From Octopus vulgaris (taxonomy: Eukaryota), in contig OX597833.1 of NCBI GenBank assembly GCA_951406725.2, positions 56,358,001 through 56,422,000 of the forward strand: 64,000 bases of DNA, given 5' to 3'. Under the pieces are notes generated by a model that saw nothing but the letters and a program-made list of their open reading frames with translations, did no database searches and was not told where the DNA came from. Shown here in pieces: positions 1-13,500 of this stretch; position 1 is the stretch's first letter, and each line of letters begins with the position of its first letter. A program made the position numbers and the translations under genes.

Positions 1-404
1 TTCTTGAAAATATGCAAAGATCAGTAGCATCTAAATTCTATTCCCTTCAAGGCAAAGATTCTTGAGAGGGATTGAAAGCTGAAGATTTTTTCTTTATAAC
101 AGAATGAAGGATATGCTATTTTCTATGTGTGAGGAATCTTTGAAAACTTGGCCCAATATGATTCCCTGTTTGCATAGTTCCTTACAATGACAAGAGAAAA
201 GAAAAAACCACAGAATCTGCTACTAAACACCAGTTGCTCGAAAAAGCACAAAACCTCAGACAGACAGGGCCACTTTAACAGTGTTGTAGAGCCCTACGCC
301 ATATCCAACCCAAATAATCTACACCATGTAGATTATTTGGATTAGATATGGCTGGTTTAAATCTTCCAAGTTTCAAATTTAATCCATCCCTTTTAATATT
401 TGGA

Positions 405-703
405 ATCATGCCGGTGGCACATAAAAAGCACCATCCAATCAAGGCCGTTACCAGCCCCGCCTGGCCCCCATGCCAGTGGCATGTAAAACGCACCATCCGA
501 TTGTGGCCGTTTGCCAGCCTCGTCTGGCACGTAAAAAGCACCCACTACACTCATGGAGTGGTTGGCGTTAGGAAGGGCATCCAGCCGTAGAAACATTGCC
601 AGATCAGACTGGGCCTGGTGCAGCCTTCTGGCTTCCCAGACCCCAGTTGAACCGTCCAACCCATGCTAGAATGGAAAGCGGACGCTAAACGATGATGATG
701 ATG
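405..703 (+). mobile_element. RTE 3'-UTR fragment, representative of about 18 copies (e.g. 14680-14932, 18425-18850, 32080-32430, 37455-37770, 39455-39790, 42115-42710, 50095-50523, 53535-53980, 55655-56208, 63285-63530, 63748-64000)
   Basis: Shared gtggttggcgttaggaagggcatccagc...aacccatgctagcatggaaagcggacgttaaacga(tga)n, matching the tail of the RTE at 61181-63278. Confidence 0.85.
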
Positions 704-1339
704 AATCAGAATTCTCAGCTCAGAATTGTATGTAACTGTCAAGAGTAAGTAAATCTGGAATGATTTTGAGGTATTTGTCAATGTTTCTGTTAATGTACTG
801 AGCGGAATGGTCTGAAAATATAAGAATTCCTTTCATAATAAGTAAAAGGGTTTCAGACTTCTGATTTGGAATGAATTTTCTTTCAGAGCTATCTTAAGGC
901 CTGCATTCATTGAGCAGTTTCCCTAGGCAGTCCAACAGGTCTAGAGGCTCAACGTCGATTTAAATATGCTGTGGCTGTGTATGCAGGGGCCTCCAGTATA
1001 TAAGTACACAAGAATGACTTTCAAGTTAGGTCCTAGATATTCTCATATAGTGCAGTGGTTCTCAATTGAGGTCCATATGACCCTTGGGGGTCCATCTAAG
1101 ATTTTGTTATTAAAATTTACATTCAATAAATTGCTTATAATTCTACAATACATAAAATATTTTAACAATTCTTTTTTATACAGTTCCCAATAATATTTGA
1201 TTATAAAAATGTTGTAAGATTTTTCAACACCGAATGGTTATGAGGGCCCATCTGAGTAAAATAGGAATCAAAAGGGGTCCGTAAGTAAAAAATGGTTGAG
1301 AACTACTGATGCATTGAACTGCAAAAGAAATGCTGTGTT

Positions 1340-2942
1340 TTCAAATGTCATTTTTATATGGTAAATTCTGAAAATTTCGGGGATGTAAGTGTAAATATTC
1401 CAAGACATGCTGGTTTATAGCTGAGACCCAAATTGCAGGTAACCTTTCAACTTTCCCTGAAACGAGATGCCAAAATGCAGCTGCATTGAATGTTGTGGGT
1501 GGCAGCCACAAACAATTGTTGTGAAAACCGAAACACATGTGCATCTCATGGAGGTTATGGGTGTAAAAATCAACTTGAACTGCATTCCTGGCATTCATAA
1601 TTTGGACGCATCAGGTATGACCTGATGGTCAGCAGTGCAGAGAGAACAAGCCATCAGCCAATTGCAAGTAGGGCAGCATGCCCTGGTTGTTGTGAAAGCT
1701 GCATTGAATGCTGTGGGTGTCAGCCACGAACAACTGTCATGAAAACCGAAATCCATGTGCATCTCGTGGAGGTTATGGGTGTAAAAATCAACTTGAACTG
1801 CATTCCTGGCATTCATAATTTGGACGCATCAGGTATGACCCTGACCCGATTGTTAGCAGTGCAGAGAGAATGAGCTATCAGCTGATTGTAAGCAGGGCAG
1901 CATGCCCTGGTTATTGCGATAGATTACATTGTCCATGTCAGCATCATCTATCACTTGCAACATCAATACAACACCAACAACTTGCAGAGGGCGCCCCAGG
2001 GTGACCACGCCCAGGCAGGATTGCTTCATCCACCTGCAACACCTCCATGATCGCTTCAGACCTGCCAGCGTGACAGCTGGTACTGGACAGTAACCCATCA
2101 GCGAAGACATGGCACGACATCGACTGGCTGCCGTCATCCTGCTTGAGGGATTGTCCTCACTGCCCATCACCATCAGGCATGACTACAGTGGGCTACACAG
2201 CACCAACAATGGAGGTCAATAGTCTTCTCTGATGAGAGCTGGTACTGCGTTTCCACCTCGGGTGACATAGGAGGAGTGAATGCTACAGAGACACGTGTCA
2301 TGGAGAGAGATGCTTGGGGTAGCCAAAGCATCATGGTTTAGGGTGCTGTAGACCTGAATCAAAGAATTGGGTCCCATGTGTTCCAAAGTATTGGTGCAGG
2401 TAGAGGGAATGGCATCACAGCACAGCATTACGTTGACCAGATCCAAAGACCTCACATTGTGCCCTTCTTTGCACATCACCATAGCTACATTTTCCAGCAG
2501 GACAATGTTCCCTCTCACATGGCCAGGGTCATCATGAACTTCCTGCATCAGTACAACATCAGAATCATGCTGTGGCTGGCTCTTAGCCCATATTTGAACC
2601 CAATTGAACACTTGTGGGATGAAATCCAGAGACGGCTGAACCAGGTGGTCCCAAGGCTGACATCTCATGTAGAACTGGAGGCAGTTTTCCTCGGGCTGTG
2701 GGCACAGGTGTCAATGGCTTTTGTGAACTACCTCATTCACCCCATGAGGTGGTTTTGAACATGTCACGCCCTACAATCTTGATGTGCTGGACACCCCACT
2801 ACCAGAACACATGACATCGACCAATAGAACGTGGTCAAAGTGCATCCAAGAAATTGACTTTACCAGATTTATCAAAATTTATCTCTGACATAATGAAATT
2901 AAAACATGTTTCACAGTCACACATGTCTTGCGATTCAGTGTA
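1340..2942 (+). mobile_element. Tc1-like transposon relic with internal duplication of about 218 bp
   Basis: FSDES, FQQDNVPSH and WLALSPYLNPIEHLW catalytic motifs, frameshifted; ends cagtg-TA at 2936-2942. Confidence 0.8.
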
Positions 2943-3327
2943 TAATGAAATTCTGGGTTTTTCTATGGTCAGAGTTGGTTATTGGTGACAGTGATTGGCA
3001 TTTGTTAGGTTGTAAAACTGCCAGAAAGATAGTAATTAATCAGTTTTCCATTTTCTGTCGCTATTTTGTCCTTATTTAAAAAAAAAAATTTATTTTTTAT
3101 TTATTCCACTTAGTGATGATGCATGGCCTAGTGGTTTAGGGTGTTGGGATTATGATCATGAAGTTGTGGTTTCAATTCCTGGATCAGGCGGCACATTGTG
3201 TCCTTGATCAGGGCACTTCATTTCACATTGAGGACCAGCCAACTGGTGTTGCAGCCCTCTCTCCTTCATCCTGAATATTCCCTTGCATTAAAGGTGTGAG
3301 GGCCGAGAAGGTATCTGTCTGCTTACT

Positions 3328-3750
3328 AAGGCGGTGAGCTGGCAGAATCGTTAGCATGCCAGGCGAAATACTTAGTGGTATTTCGTCTGCTGTTACGTTT
3401 GAGTTCAAATTCTGCCGAGGTCGACTTTGCCTTTTATCCTTTCGGGGTCGATTAAATAAGTACCAGTTACACACTGGGGTCGATATAATCGACTTAATCC
3501 GTTTGTCTGTCCTTGTTTGTCCCTTCTGTGTTTAGCCCCTTGTGGGTAGTAAAGAAATAGGTATTTTGCCTCTCTATATATTAATGCTTAGCAGTATTTC
3601 ATCTGCCGCTACGTTCTGAGTTCAAATTCCGCCAAGGTCGACTTTGCCTTTCATCCTTTCGGGGTCGATATAATCGACCTATCCGTTTGTCTATCCTTGT
3701 TTGTCCTCTCTGTGTTTAGCCCCTTTGGGTAGTAAAGAAATAGGTATCTG
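3328..3750 (+). mobile_element. SINE family C with Nin/Deu-like central domain (also 16813-16965, 19300-19770, 35610-35830, 36025-36140, 58700-58920)
   Basis: ggcggtgagctggcagaa head, gagttcaaat B box, gcctttcatcctttcggggtcgataaataagtacc domain. Confidence 0.75.
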
Positions 3751-4123
3751 TCTGCTTACAACACCATAGGTATCTTAAACAGTTAGTAAAAGCATAGTAC
3801 AGGCTATCTAGTCACACTCACAAATGGCAGCTAAGCTTTTCATTGCACTCAGCATGTTTGGTCTTACGGTGTTATATATTTGTTTTAAGGCTCAAGAGTT
3901 TTGGTGGAGATTTGGATAAGAAACTAGAGTGAAGGATGACCTGAAAAACACCATCTACAGATAGGACATTTATATTATTGATCTTTGTTATTGATTGGTT
4001 AACATTTGCCAAGTTTATATCTAGTTTCCTTGTTAAAATGCTCAGGTTAAATTTGTTCATGCAGCCTGATAGCTCTGCAGCAATAAGGTGCTTGGAGGTG
4101 ACTTTGCAATGCAATGCATCAGA

Positions 4124-4500
4124 AGTGGCTGTGTGGTGAGTAGCTTGTTTACCAACCACATGGTTCTGGGTTCAGTCCCACTGTGTGGCATCTTGGGCAG
4201 GTGTCTTCTGCTATAGCCCCGGGCCGACCAATGCCTTGTGAGTGGATTTGGTAGACGGAAACTGAAAGAAGCCTGTCGTATATATGTATATATATATATG
4301 TGTGTGTGTGTTTGTCCTCCCAGCATTGCTTGACAACCGATGCTGGTGTGTTTACGTCCCCGTCACTTAGCGGTTCGGCAAAAGAGACCGATAGAATAAG
4401 TACTGGGCTTACAAAGAATAAGTCCCGGGGTCGAGTTGCTCGACTAAAGGCGGTGCTCCAGCATGGCCGCAGTCAAATGACTGAAACAAGTAAAAGAGAG
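4124..4500 (+). mobile_element. tRNA-derived SINE family A, representative of about 15 copies (4843-5201 -, 10216-10772 +, 12590-12968 +, 13115-13505 -, 23318-23683 +, 28563-28948 -, 43265-43650 -, 47405-47800 -, 57098-57482 -, 59880-60312 +)
   Basis: A box tggctgtgtgg, B box ggttcagtcc, central (TA)n(TG)n, tail gaaacaagtaaaagagt. Confidence 0.88.
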
Positions 4501-5916
4501 AGAAGTGGCATAACTTTTCACTCCTTTTTAAGCACATTATTGGTGTGTCATATGCTTATTCAATATTAGGAGGTTACCAAACTAAAGAATGCAAGCTTTC
4601 TTTAGCTACGACTGCATAATTTACAAGCCTTGTACAATAAAAACAAATGCCCAGCTTACATCTTAGATATATCAATAAATAGGTTTTGCAGTCAAAATTG
4701 AAAGAAGGCATGACACTAGTGTAGCAGGTTATGCGATTTGTTTGGAAGCTTTCTGATTGTGATTTAAGTGCTTATCTCCAAGTTGCTGAACATGTCTTTC
4801 ATTCGACTAGGCACAAAACCAGTTTTGTAAGGAAGTAGTCTCTTTTATTTGTTTCAGTCATTTGACTGTGGCCATGCTGGAGCACTGCCTTTAACCGAGC
4901 AAATCGACCCCAGGACTTATTCTTTGTAAGCCTAGTACTTATTCTATTGGTCTCTTTTACTGAACTGCTAAGTTACAGGGACGTAAACACACTAGCATTG
5001 GTTATCAAGCGATGTTGGGGGGACATATACATACATACGATGGGCTTCTTTCAGTTTCCATCTACCAAACCCACTCACAAGGCTTTGGTCGGCCCAAGGT
5101 TGTAGTAGAAGACACTTGCCCAAGGTGCCATGCAGTGGGAATGAACCCAGAACCATGTGGTTTGTAAGCAAGCTACTTACCACACAGCCACTCCTACGCC
5201 TATAAAGGTAAAGTTGACCTCGGCAGAATTTGAACTCAGAACGTAGCAACAGGCGAAATACTGCTAAGCATTTCACCCGGCATTCTAATGCTTCTGCCAC
5301 CTCACTGTCTAATTAAATTGAGCATATGAACATACTTAACCTTAAATATCCGTGATGAATTGTTCAAAAAAATATTTATGGACTATTAGCCTTGTTTTTG
5401 CCTGTGAAAATTTAATATTTAGTATTTACATCTACTTTACATATTGATCAGTTTGTTTTTGATGATAACAATAATTTATCTCATTACTGTAAGATCACAA
5501 GCTGTAGTGGAAAACATTGTTGATTAAACAGACTCCAGTATATACTTGGTACTTATTTTATTGATCCTGGGGTAAAATTTGAACCTAGGACAAGAGTAAA
5601 TACTCCATAATATTTTGTCTGGCTCTCTACCATTTCTGCTATCCCCACCACCCTTAGATTCTAATAATGATTTCTTATGTCGGCACTTGGCCACAAATTT
5701 ATGAATTTTGAGGGCAACACTATTGTCAGTAACATCTCCCCCATATTTGCTTGATGCTTATTTTACCAAACCAGTAAGATTAGAAGCAAAATTAACCTTA
5801 GCATGTCATTTCATTCAATGCTCTACTGATTTTTGCCTGTAAATTTCTTTTCTGCAACCAACCGTACAACTTCAAATATTTCAATTATCTCATTTTATGC
5901 TGTGTTCTATTGACAG

Positions 5917-5987
5917 TACGGTTCAGAGCAGATCACCTGAATAAAATCAGAAATCAATGCAACAAGGTTGTTGGTGAAAAAATGAAG
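5917..5987 (+). CDS. SARS1: SerRS exon (71 nt)
   Basis: tgacag acceptor, gttagt donor; encodes [24 protein letters not shown]. Confidence 0.9.
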
Positions 5988-8900
5988 GTTAGTGTTTCCC
6001 CTTTTTTGAAATACTTTTTCTTGCCTTTGAAGGTTGATGAAATGGGTTGGATATATTCTATATTCTGTTAGACCAGTGGTTCTTAACTCGGGGTCCATAT
6101 GACCCCTGAGAATCTGTACAAGCAAAGTAATAAATTGTAGATCCACAGTAGTATTTTAACCGTTTCATTACTGTATTTATTTTGAGATGCTCTGTGTTTC
6201 TTTCAATCAATTTTAAATATAACAAAGAATTTAGTAAAATAACTTAGTTATCATTAATCTAGTGTTAGGAACATAAATTGTGACTAAGGTTTGGGGGAAG
6301 ATTTTAATTCAAAACTTAAGAAAACAAGACATTTGTACTACAGAGCCAGAGCCGGTTTCAGCCGGGTTGGTAAGGAAAGGGTTAAGGGTCTGTGAATTAA
6401 TTTTGCTTTTATATGTATTTATTGCAAGGAACAGCTAGTTTTCTATCTCTAATGTTTTACAGTTTAATGTGATTCCAGCCACTGAAACATATTCTCTCAG
6501 AGACTTTTGTTGCAAACCTACTCTAAACAAAAATGTGAAAAACAATATAGAGATTTTGAAAGACATATCTGTGAAACTAGTTTTTAAACATCAAATTACT
6601 ATGGGGTTCCAACAGAATAAAATAGAAAACAAAGGGGCCCACAGATAAAAAAGGGCCGAGAACCACCATGTGAAACATTTGCATTGCTGTAAGCCATATC
6701 TATGAGGATATATCATCCTTGTGTTTATCTCCTCATTTTCATCTGATTTTAATGAAATTTGTGATTTTGGTAAATTCTCTGGTAGGGGAGATGGTAATTA
6801 ACTAATGGACATGAACTGTAATCATGTGTAAAATTTTAATGGTCTGAGGTGGGCTTAACTTCAGCATGGAAAACACAAGCAATGCCAGGTCCAATAGCTA
6901 GTTTGTAGCCTAAATGCAACATGGTTAATATACACTTTACTGTGACCTAGATGTATCTATAAAGTAATACCCACTTCCTCTCATCTAAATGTCTCTCTCT
7001 CTTTTTTGCCCCCAATATGATATGCTGCTGTTAATGGCCGTATTCTTTACAGAAAAAGGAACCTGTTGGTGATGATGACACCATTCCTGAGAATGTGCTC
7101 AATGAAATTGAAGAACTTAATCCAGATAAGTTACGGGTGAGTCAACAGAATCTTTCTACTACAAAATGTTTTTTAGATGCAACACAATTTTCAATAAACT
7201 ACTGACTGTAAAATAGTCCTAACTGTCCAATATTTTCATAGCAACTGTTGCTTTTGTTTAACCCTTAGTTGGTCCTGATAAAGCAAGGCCATGATCAAAT
7301 GTATTCCAGTAGTGACCACCTTTTTTTGTATATTCATGACTGCATTGTCTAATCTAGTTTCCTTTCAAAATGTTAGTCTGATTTGAGGAAGATTTGGCTG
7401 CTATTTCTAAAATGACCAACTGACCACATAGCAACTCTATTGTCTTGTGTCTCTTTCTGTTTCTGCTAGTATTAGTACCGTTGCACCTATTAGTATTTCA
7501 TTAGTTGCAGCTGCTGCATCTATTATATAACAGTAGCACAGATAAGCTACAGGTGTGTCCACAGGTATTACGTACAATGGATTCTGGCATGAGTATTGAT
7601 GTAACTGCCGTGATTACTGATGTTGCACATTAAAATGACTACTGTGTATACTAGTGTGACAAAATGATTTTTTAATATGTTGATGTGATGCATTACTGCA
7701 AATCATGTAATAACAACTAATGTCACTGTAAATTTTGTATATGTTGTACTTATGGTGGTGACCTACGTTCTGTTTTTCATATGTATGTGTTTATATATTT
7801 CTATATATTAGCACCTCTCATATAATAAGTGCATTGTTTCTATATGTATGTATGTGTATGTAGATGTGTATATATATACAAATATATATGTTTGTATATA
7901 TTGTAGAAGCAGAACCTAGAAATGAGAGGCCTCAAAGTAAACCTAGCAAAGACAAAAGTTTTAATTAGTTGGAAAGAGGACAGGACTTCTGACATCCAGG
8001 AAGTGGCCATGCTCAATATGCAGAAATGGAGTTAGTAGAAATAACAAACAGTGTAACAAATGAAAACTATGGGTGCACAAGAGATGCAGTGAGATCACAG
8101 ACTAGTTGATGGTGAAGGAGGACTTCACATGTAGCAGACACACAGGAGTAGTTGGTAGTAAAACCCATGAAATATATTCATTTGAATGTTTAGAGGTTCC
8201 CTAAAAGTAGTTGATACCTGAGTAGGTATGATAGGTGGTTGTCTGTTTTAGAGATACGCACAGCAATGTGGACAAGAAAAGTTGTGGTAAATATGCAAGT
8301 ACAGAGGTGGAGCCATTTAGAAAATTTATAAATGAACTTAGATCTGAGGGTATTTCATTGAGCTGTTCCTGAAAATACCTTGGCCTTCAAACATGAACAC
8401 AGTATTTCTAGTTGTACTCCTGTCTGCATGGAAGACAGGCATAAAATAATGATGATGCTATTAAATGAGTAGAGCATTTCTGTCTTATGTGCGAATGCTG
8501 ATGGCTTGCATTGCCTGAAGCTCTTGGTGGTAAGAAAGTCAAAGAAATTATACACCTTTAAAGATACATTGCTATTCAATCTTCTTGTCCACAACCATCA
8601 TGTAGCTGTCTACCACTCTTTCTATCGCACCACACTCCTGATCAAGCACTCTTAATTGACTCTCTCTTCTATTCCATACTTCTATCACTCTGCCTTCCTC
8701 TCACCCAATTCTGTGGAAAGAAAAAAAACAAGAAATGGAGGCAGTGTAGGGTAGTGAGAACTCATTAGTTTTATTCAGAACAAGACAATCTCTCTGGTGC
8801 TAGTGCCAAGTTATAATCTACACAATACTTTCCGTAAAGTTGTTGTTTGTATGAAGTGCATCCATTTGCAGAAACCCTGCCAAACATGAAATGTATGACA

Positions 8901-10554
8901 AAATGTTCCCCAGCCAATCTAAGAGATTAACCCTTTCGTTACTGTATTTATTTTGAGATGCTTTGTGTTTCTTTCAGTTACTTTAAATATAACAAAGAAT
9001 TTAGTAAAATAACTTAGTTATCATTCAGCTGGTGTTAGGAATATAAATTGTGACTAAGGTTTGGTGGAAGATTTTAATTCAAAACTCTTGAAAACATGAC
9101 ATTTGTACTATAGGACCAGAGCTGGTTTCAGTCAGGTTGGTAACAAAAGGGTTAACAACTCAAAATAAGTTTGTTTGTTCCTTCTCGAGCCATGTCTGGC
9201 TCATAAGGGCCGGTTTCCTTGGCGTATAGGTTCCCCACCAGGACGGGACGCCGGTCCGTCGCAGGTGAGCTGCAAGATGCAGGAGGAAAGAGTGAGAGAA
9301 AATTGTGGCGAAAGAGTCAGCAGAAGTTTCGCCATTACCTTCTGCCTGAGCTGCGTGGAGCTTAGCTGTTTTGCTCATAAACACACACATCGCCTGGTCT
9401 GAGATTCAAACCTGCGGTCCATTGACCACAAGTCCGCTGCTCTAACCACTGGGCCATGTGCTTCCACAACTCAAAATAAGAACTGGCATAGACCATGACA
9501 GTCTATCTAACCTTTTGCTAACATGGTAAATGTATAATGATGCTGATGCTGTTATAAAGTACTTACAAATATAAGGTGTATATATAGGGAGAGTTTACGA
9601 AAAAACAAAAGACGAAGACAGGTGGTGTACAAAACAAACTGATGTATTAGTATAACGCTCAGGAATAGAAAAAGTCTTTTACGTTTCGAGCCTATGCTCT
9701 TCTACAGAAAGGGGCACAAAAAAAAACAAGGAGAGAAAAAAATGTGTGTAGTGGCTAATGATGTATCATGGTGTATATATATGTACGTGCAATCTTTATA
9801 TGATTTCAGGAACTTAATGTTAAGCAAGTAAAGAAAATTGCAACCAAACTGGATGAAATGATGAAACAGAACACAGCCGACATGTTGGTGCAGGAGAACC
9901 AACGTAACGAAGCTTTGAAAGAGATTGGTAACTTACTTCACGAGTCATGTGTCATCAGTAATGATGAGGTATGTTATAATTATCACCATAACAATCATTC
10001 TGAACCATTGCTGAGCATTTTTTTCCATATCATTATGAGTTACATGAATGCACAATGTCTTGATATTGATAAGCAACTGTGGGAAAAGAGTTGGTTCATG
10101 TCTCTCAAATGTCTGGAGCAAATGTCTCTTGTTCTTCTTGACATTATTCCCGATCCTTATCCTTCTTGTCACCCAAGTTTGATCTTTTTATATTATGATG
10201 ATTATATATTTTTTTGAGTGGCTATGTGGTAAGTAGCTTGCCTACCAACCACATGGTTCCGGGTTCAGTCCCATTGCGTGGCACCTTGGGCAACAAGTGT
10301 CTTCTACTATATCCTCGGGCTGACCAAAGCCTTGTGAGTGGACTTGGTAGATGGAAACTGAAAGAAGCCCGTCGCATATATGTATACATACATGCATACA
10401 TATATATATATATATATATATGTATGTATATATGTCTGTAGAAACTCTGCCAGATCAAGATTGGAGCCTGGTGCAGCCATCTGGTTCGCCAGCCCTCAGT
10501 CAAAATCGTCCAACCCATGCTAGCATGGAAAGCGGACGTTAAACGATGATGATG

Positions 10555-10586
<32 letters not shown>

Positions 10587-13500
10587 CTGTATGTTTGTCC
10601 CCCAACATTGCTTGACAACTAATGTGGTGTGTTTACGTCCCCATAACTTAGCGGTTCAGCAAAAGGGACCGATAGAATAAGTACTAGGCTTACAAAGAAT
10701 AAGTCCTGGGGTCGATCTGTTCGACTAAAAGTGGTGCTCCACCATGGCTGCAGTCAAATGACTGAAACAAATAACTTCTAAACTATTCCTTTTAAAATTC
10801 CACCTGTGCCTTTTCTTTTTAATCATTCCTCTGCACAAGGTCGTCAGATCTGAACAGAGCCTTGTTAGTATGGGTTCTATTGGCTTCTGAAAACCTGAAT
10901 ATTTTCGAATTTGGATAAGAATCCCTGAAGTGCTTATGTTTATGACAAAATAATGACAACCTCAGAAAATGTATATGCCTTATTTTGAAGCACAATATAA
11001 TATTTACCGTTACCCACATCAAATCGTTTTGGTTATCCCTATCCCCACCAGTCTATGAAGGCCCAAAAGAGTTACCAGTACTTCCTTATTCAACTTTTTG
11101 ACTGAATAGAAAAAATTGCTTTTTAAAACTTTTATTAACCCTTTCATTACTGTATTTATTTTGAGATGCTCTGTGTTTCTTTCAGTTATTTTAAATATAA
11201 CAAAGAATTTAGTAAATGAACTTGGTTATCATTCAACTAGTGTTAGGAACATAAATTGTGACTAAGGTTTGGTGGAAGATTTTAATTCTAAACTTTTGAA
11301 AACAAGACGTTTGTACTACAGAGCCAGAGCTGGTTTCAGCTGGGTTGGTAATGAAAGGGTTAAGGGCCATGATTTCCTAAAAATTTTTTTTTTAAAAAAG
11401 GCTGTTTGAAGAAATAAAAGTTAGGTATTCCCTTAATTACTAATTAATTTGAGATTTTAGTATCCCTGTTCTGCTAATGTCTTCCTATGGTTTTTAAATT
11501 TTTTTTTTTTTGTGTGTTTACTTAATTTTGTTATCCAGGATGAAAATGGTATTGAGCGTTTGGTTGGGGATACAACTACAAAGAAAAAGTACTCGCATGT
11601 AGATCTTGTTGTGATGGTCGATGGAGTTGATAATGAAAGGGGGACAGTCACAGCTGGTGGACGAGGCTACTACTTAAAAGTAAGTACAAATGTTCTTATT
11701 GCTTCTATTAGATTTTTAGATTTTTAAATAACGCAACTGTTCATTATTTTCTTTATTTACATTATTTACATTCAACGGATATTTGTCCTCATCTTGTTTG
11801 TTGTTAACACAACGTTTTGGTTGATATACCCTCCAGCCTTCTTCAGGTGTCTTGGGGAAATTTCAAACATGGGTTCTCATTCCTAAAGTATTTTTCAATG
11901 TTGTTATTATTATTATTGTTGTTGTAGTTGTTCAGGTCACCGCTTGGAATTGAACTCGGAATCTTAGGGTTAGTAGCTCGCACTCTTAACCACTACACCA
12001 TATGCCCTGGGCATATACTAACCCCCAAATTCTGAGTTCGATTCCAAGCAGTGACCTGAACAATAATAATAATGATAATGATAACATCAAAAAATACCTT
12101 AGGAATGAGAACCCAGGTTTGAAATTTCCCCCAAAACACCTGATGAAGGCTGGAGGGTATATCAGCCGAAATGTTGTGTTAACAACAAACAAGATGAGGA
12201 CAAATATCCGTTGAATGTAAATAAAGTAAATAATGTACATAATTTCTCATCTCTTAAATATAGAACTATAATGCAACTGTTGTTTTTCTTGACATTTCCT
12301 GGTTATAACGTTAATCTACATTTTCCACTGAACAGTTACACCTCATCGAAGCCCCTTCCACAAACACTGGGCATTTTAATTTCACTCCAACACAAACATA
12401 TAGGAATTGGTGTGGCTGTGTGGTAAGAAACTTGCTTCCCAACTACATGGTTCGGAGTTCAGTCCCACTGCATGGCACCTTAGGCGAGTGTCTTCAACTA
12501 CAGCTTCAGGTTATTCAAAACCTTGTCAGTGGATCTGGTAGACAGAAACTGAAAGAAACCCATCATATATATACATACATATATATATAGGCACAGGAGT
12601 GGCTGTGTGGTAAGTAGCTTGCTAACCAAGCACATGGTTCTGGGTTCAGTCCCAGTGCATGGCATCTTGGGCAAGTGTCTTCTGCTATAGTCCCAGGCTG
12701 ACCAATGCCTTGTGAGTGGATTTGGTAGACGGAAACTGAAAGAAGCCTGTCATATATATGTATATATGTGTGTTTGTCCCCCTAGCATTGCTTGACAACC
12801 GATGCTGGTGTGTTTATGTCCCCGTCACTTAGCAGTTCGGCAAAAGACACCGATAGAATAAGTACTGGGATTACAAAGAATAAGTCCCGGTGTCGATTTG
12901 CTCGACTAAAGGCGGTGCTCCAGCATGGCCGCAGTCAAATGACTGAAACAAGTAAAAGAATAAAAGAGTATATATATGTGTGTGTGTCTCTGTCCCCTCA
13001 CTACCACTTGACAACTGGTACTAGTGTGTTTATGTCCCCGTAACTTAGCAGTTCAGCTAAAGAGACTGATAGAATAAGTACCAGGCTTTTAAAAAATAAG
13101 CACTGGGATTACTCGTTTTACTCTTTTACTTGTTTCAGTCATTTGACTGTGGCCATGCTGGGGCACCACCTTTTTTTAGTCGAGCAAATCGACCCCAGGA
13201 CTTATTCTTTGTAAGCTTAGTACTTATTCTATCGGTATCTTTTTGCCGAACCGCTAAGTTACGGGGACGTAAACATACCAGCATCGGTTGTCAAGCGATG
13301 TTTGGGGGCAAACACAGACACACAAACATACACACACACACACACATATATACGACAGGCTTCTTTCAGTTTCCGTCTACCAAATCCACTCACAAGGCTT
13401 TGGTCGGCCTGAGGCTATAGTAGAAGACACTTGCCCAAGGTGCCACGCAGTGGGACTGAACCCGGAACCATGTGGTTCGTAAACAAGCTACTTACCACAC

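Larger units (their letters stand above)
11750..12270. mobile_element. Head-to-head inverted dimer of a tRNA-headed, hammerhead-tailed element
   Basis: Arms of about 230-250 bp meet at 12001-12016; A/B-box head at 11935-12007 (-), then (AAT)n, then hammerhead. Confidence 0.75.

Noticed and set aside
2225-2240. CTGATGA as a hammerhead core (also about 22281 and 30926)
   Set aside because: No stem II or GAAA follows; the first one encodes the Tc1 FSDES motif.
1-5916. SARS1 exon 1 (MVLD...)
   Set aside because: No matching N-terminal coding sequence was found; it is probably upstream of the window.
11935-12007. tRNA gene with an ACT (Ser-like) anticodon inside the SerRS gene
   Set aside because: Acceptor and T stems pair poorly and there is no long variable arm. 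It is the head of a repeat, and its location in SARS1 is probably coincidental.
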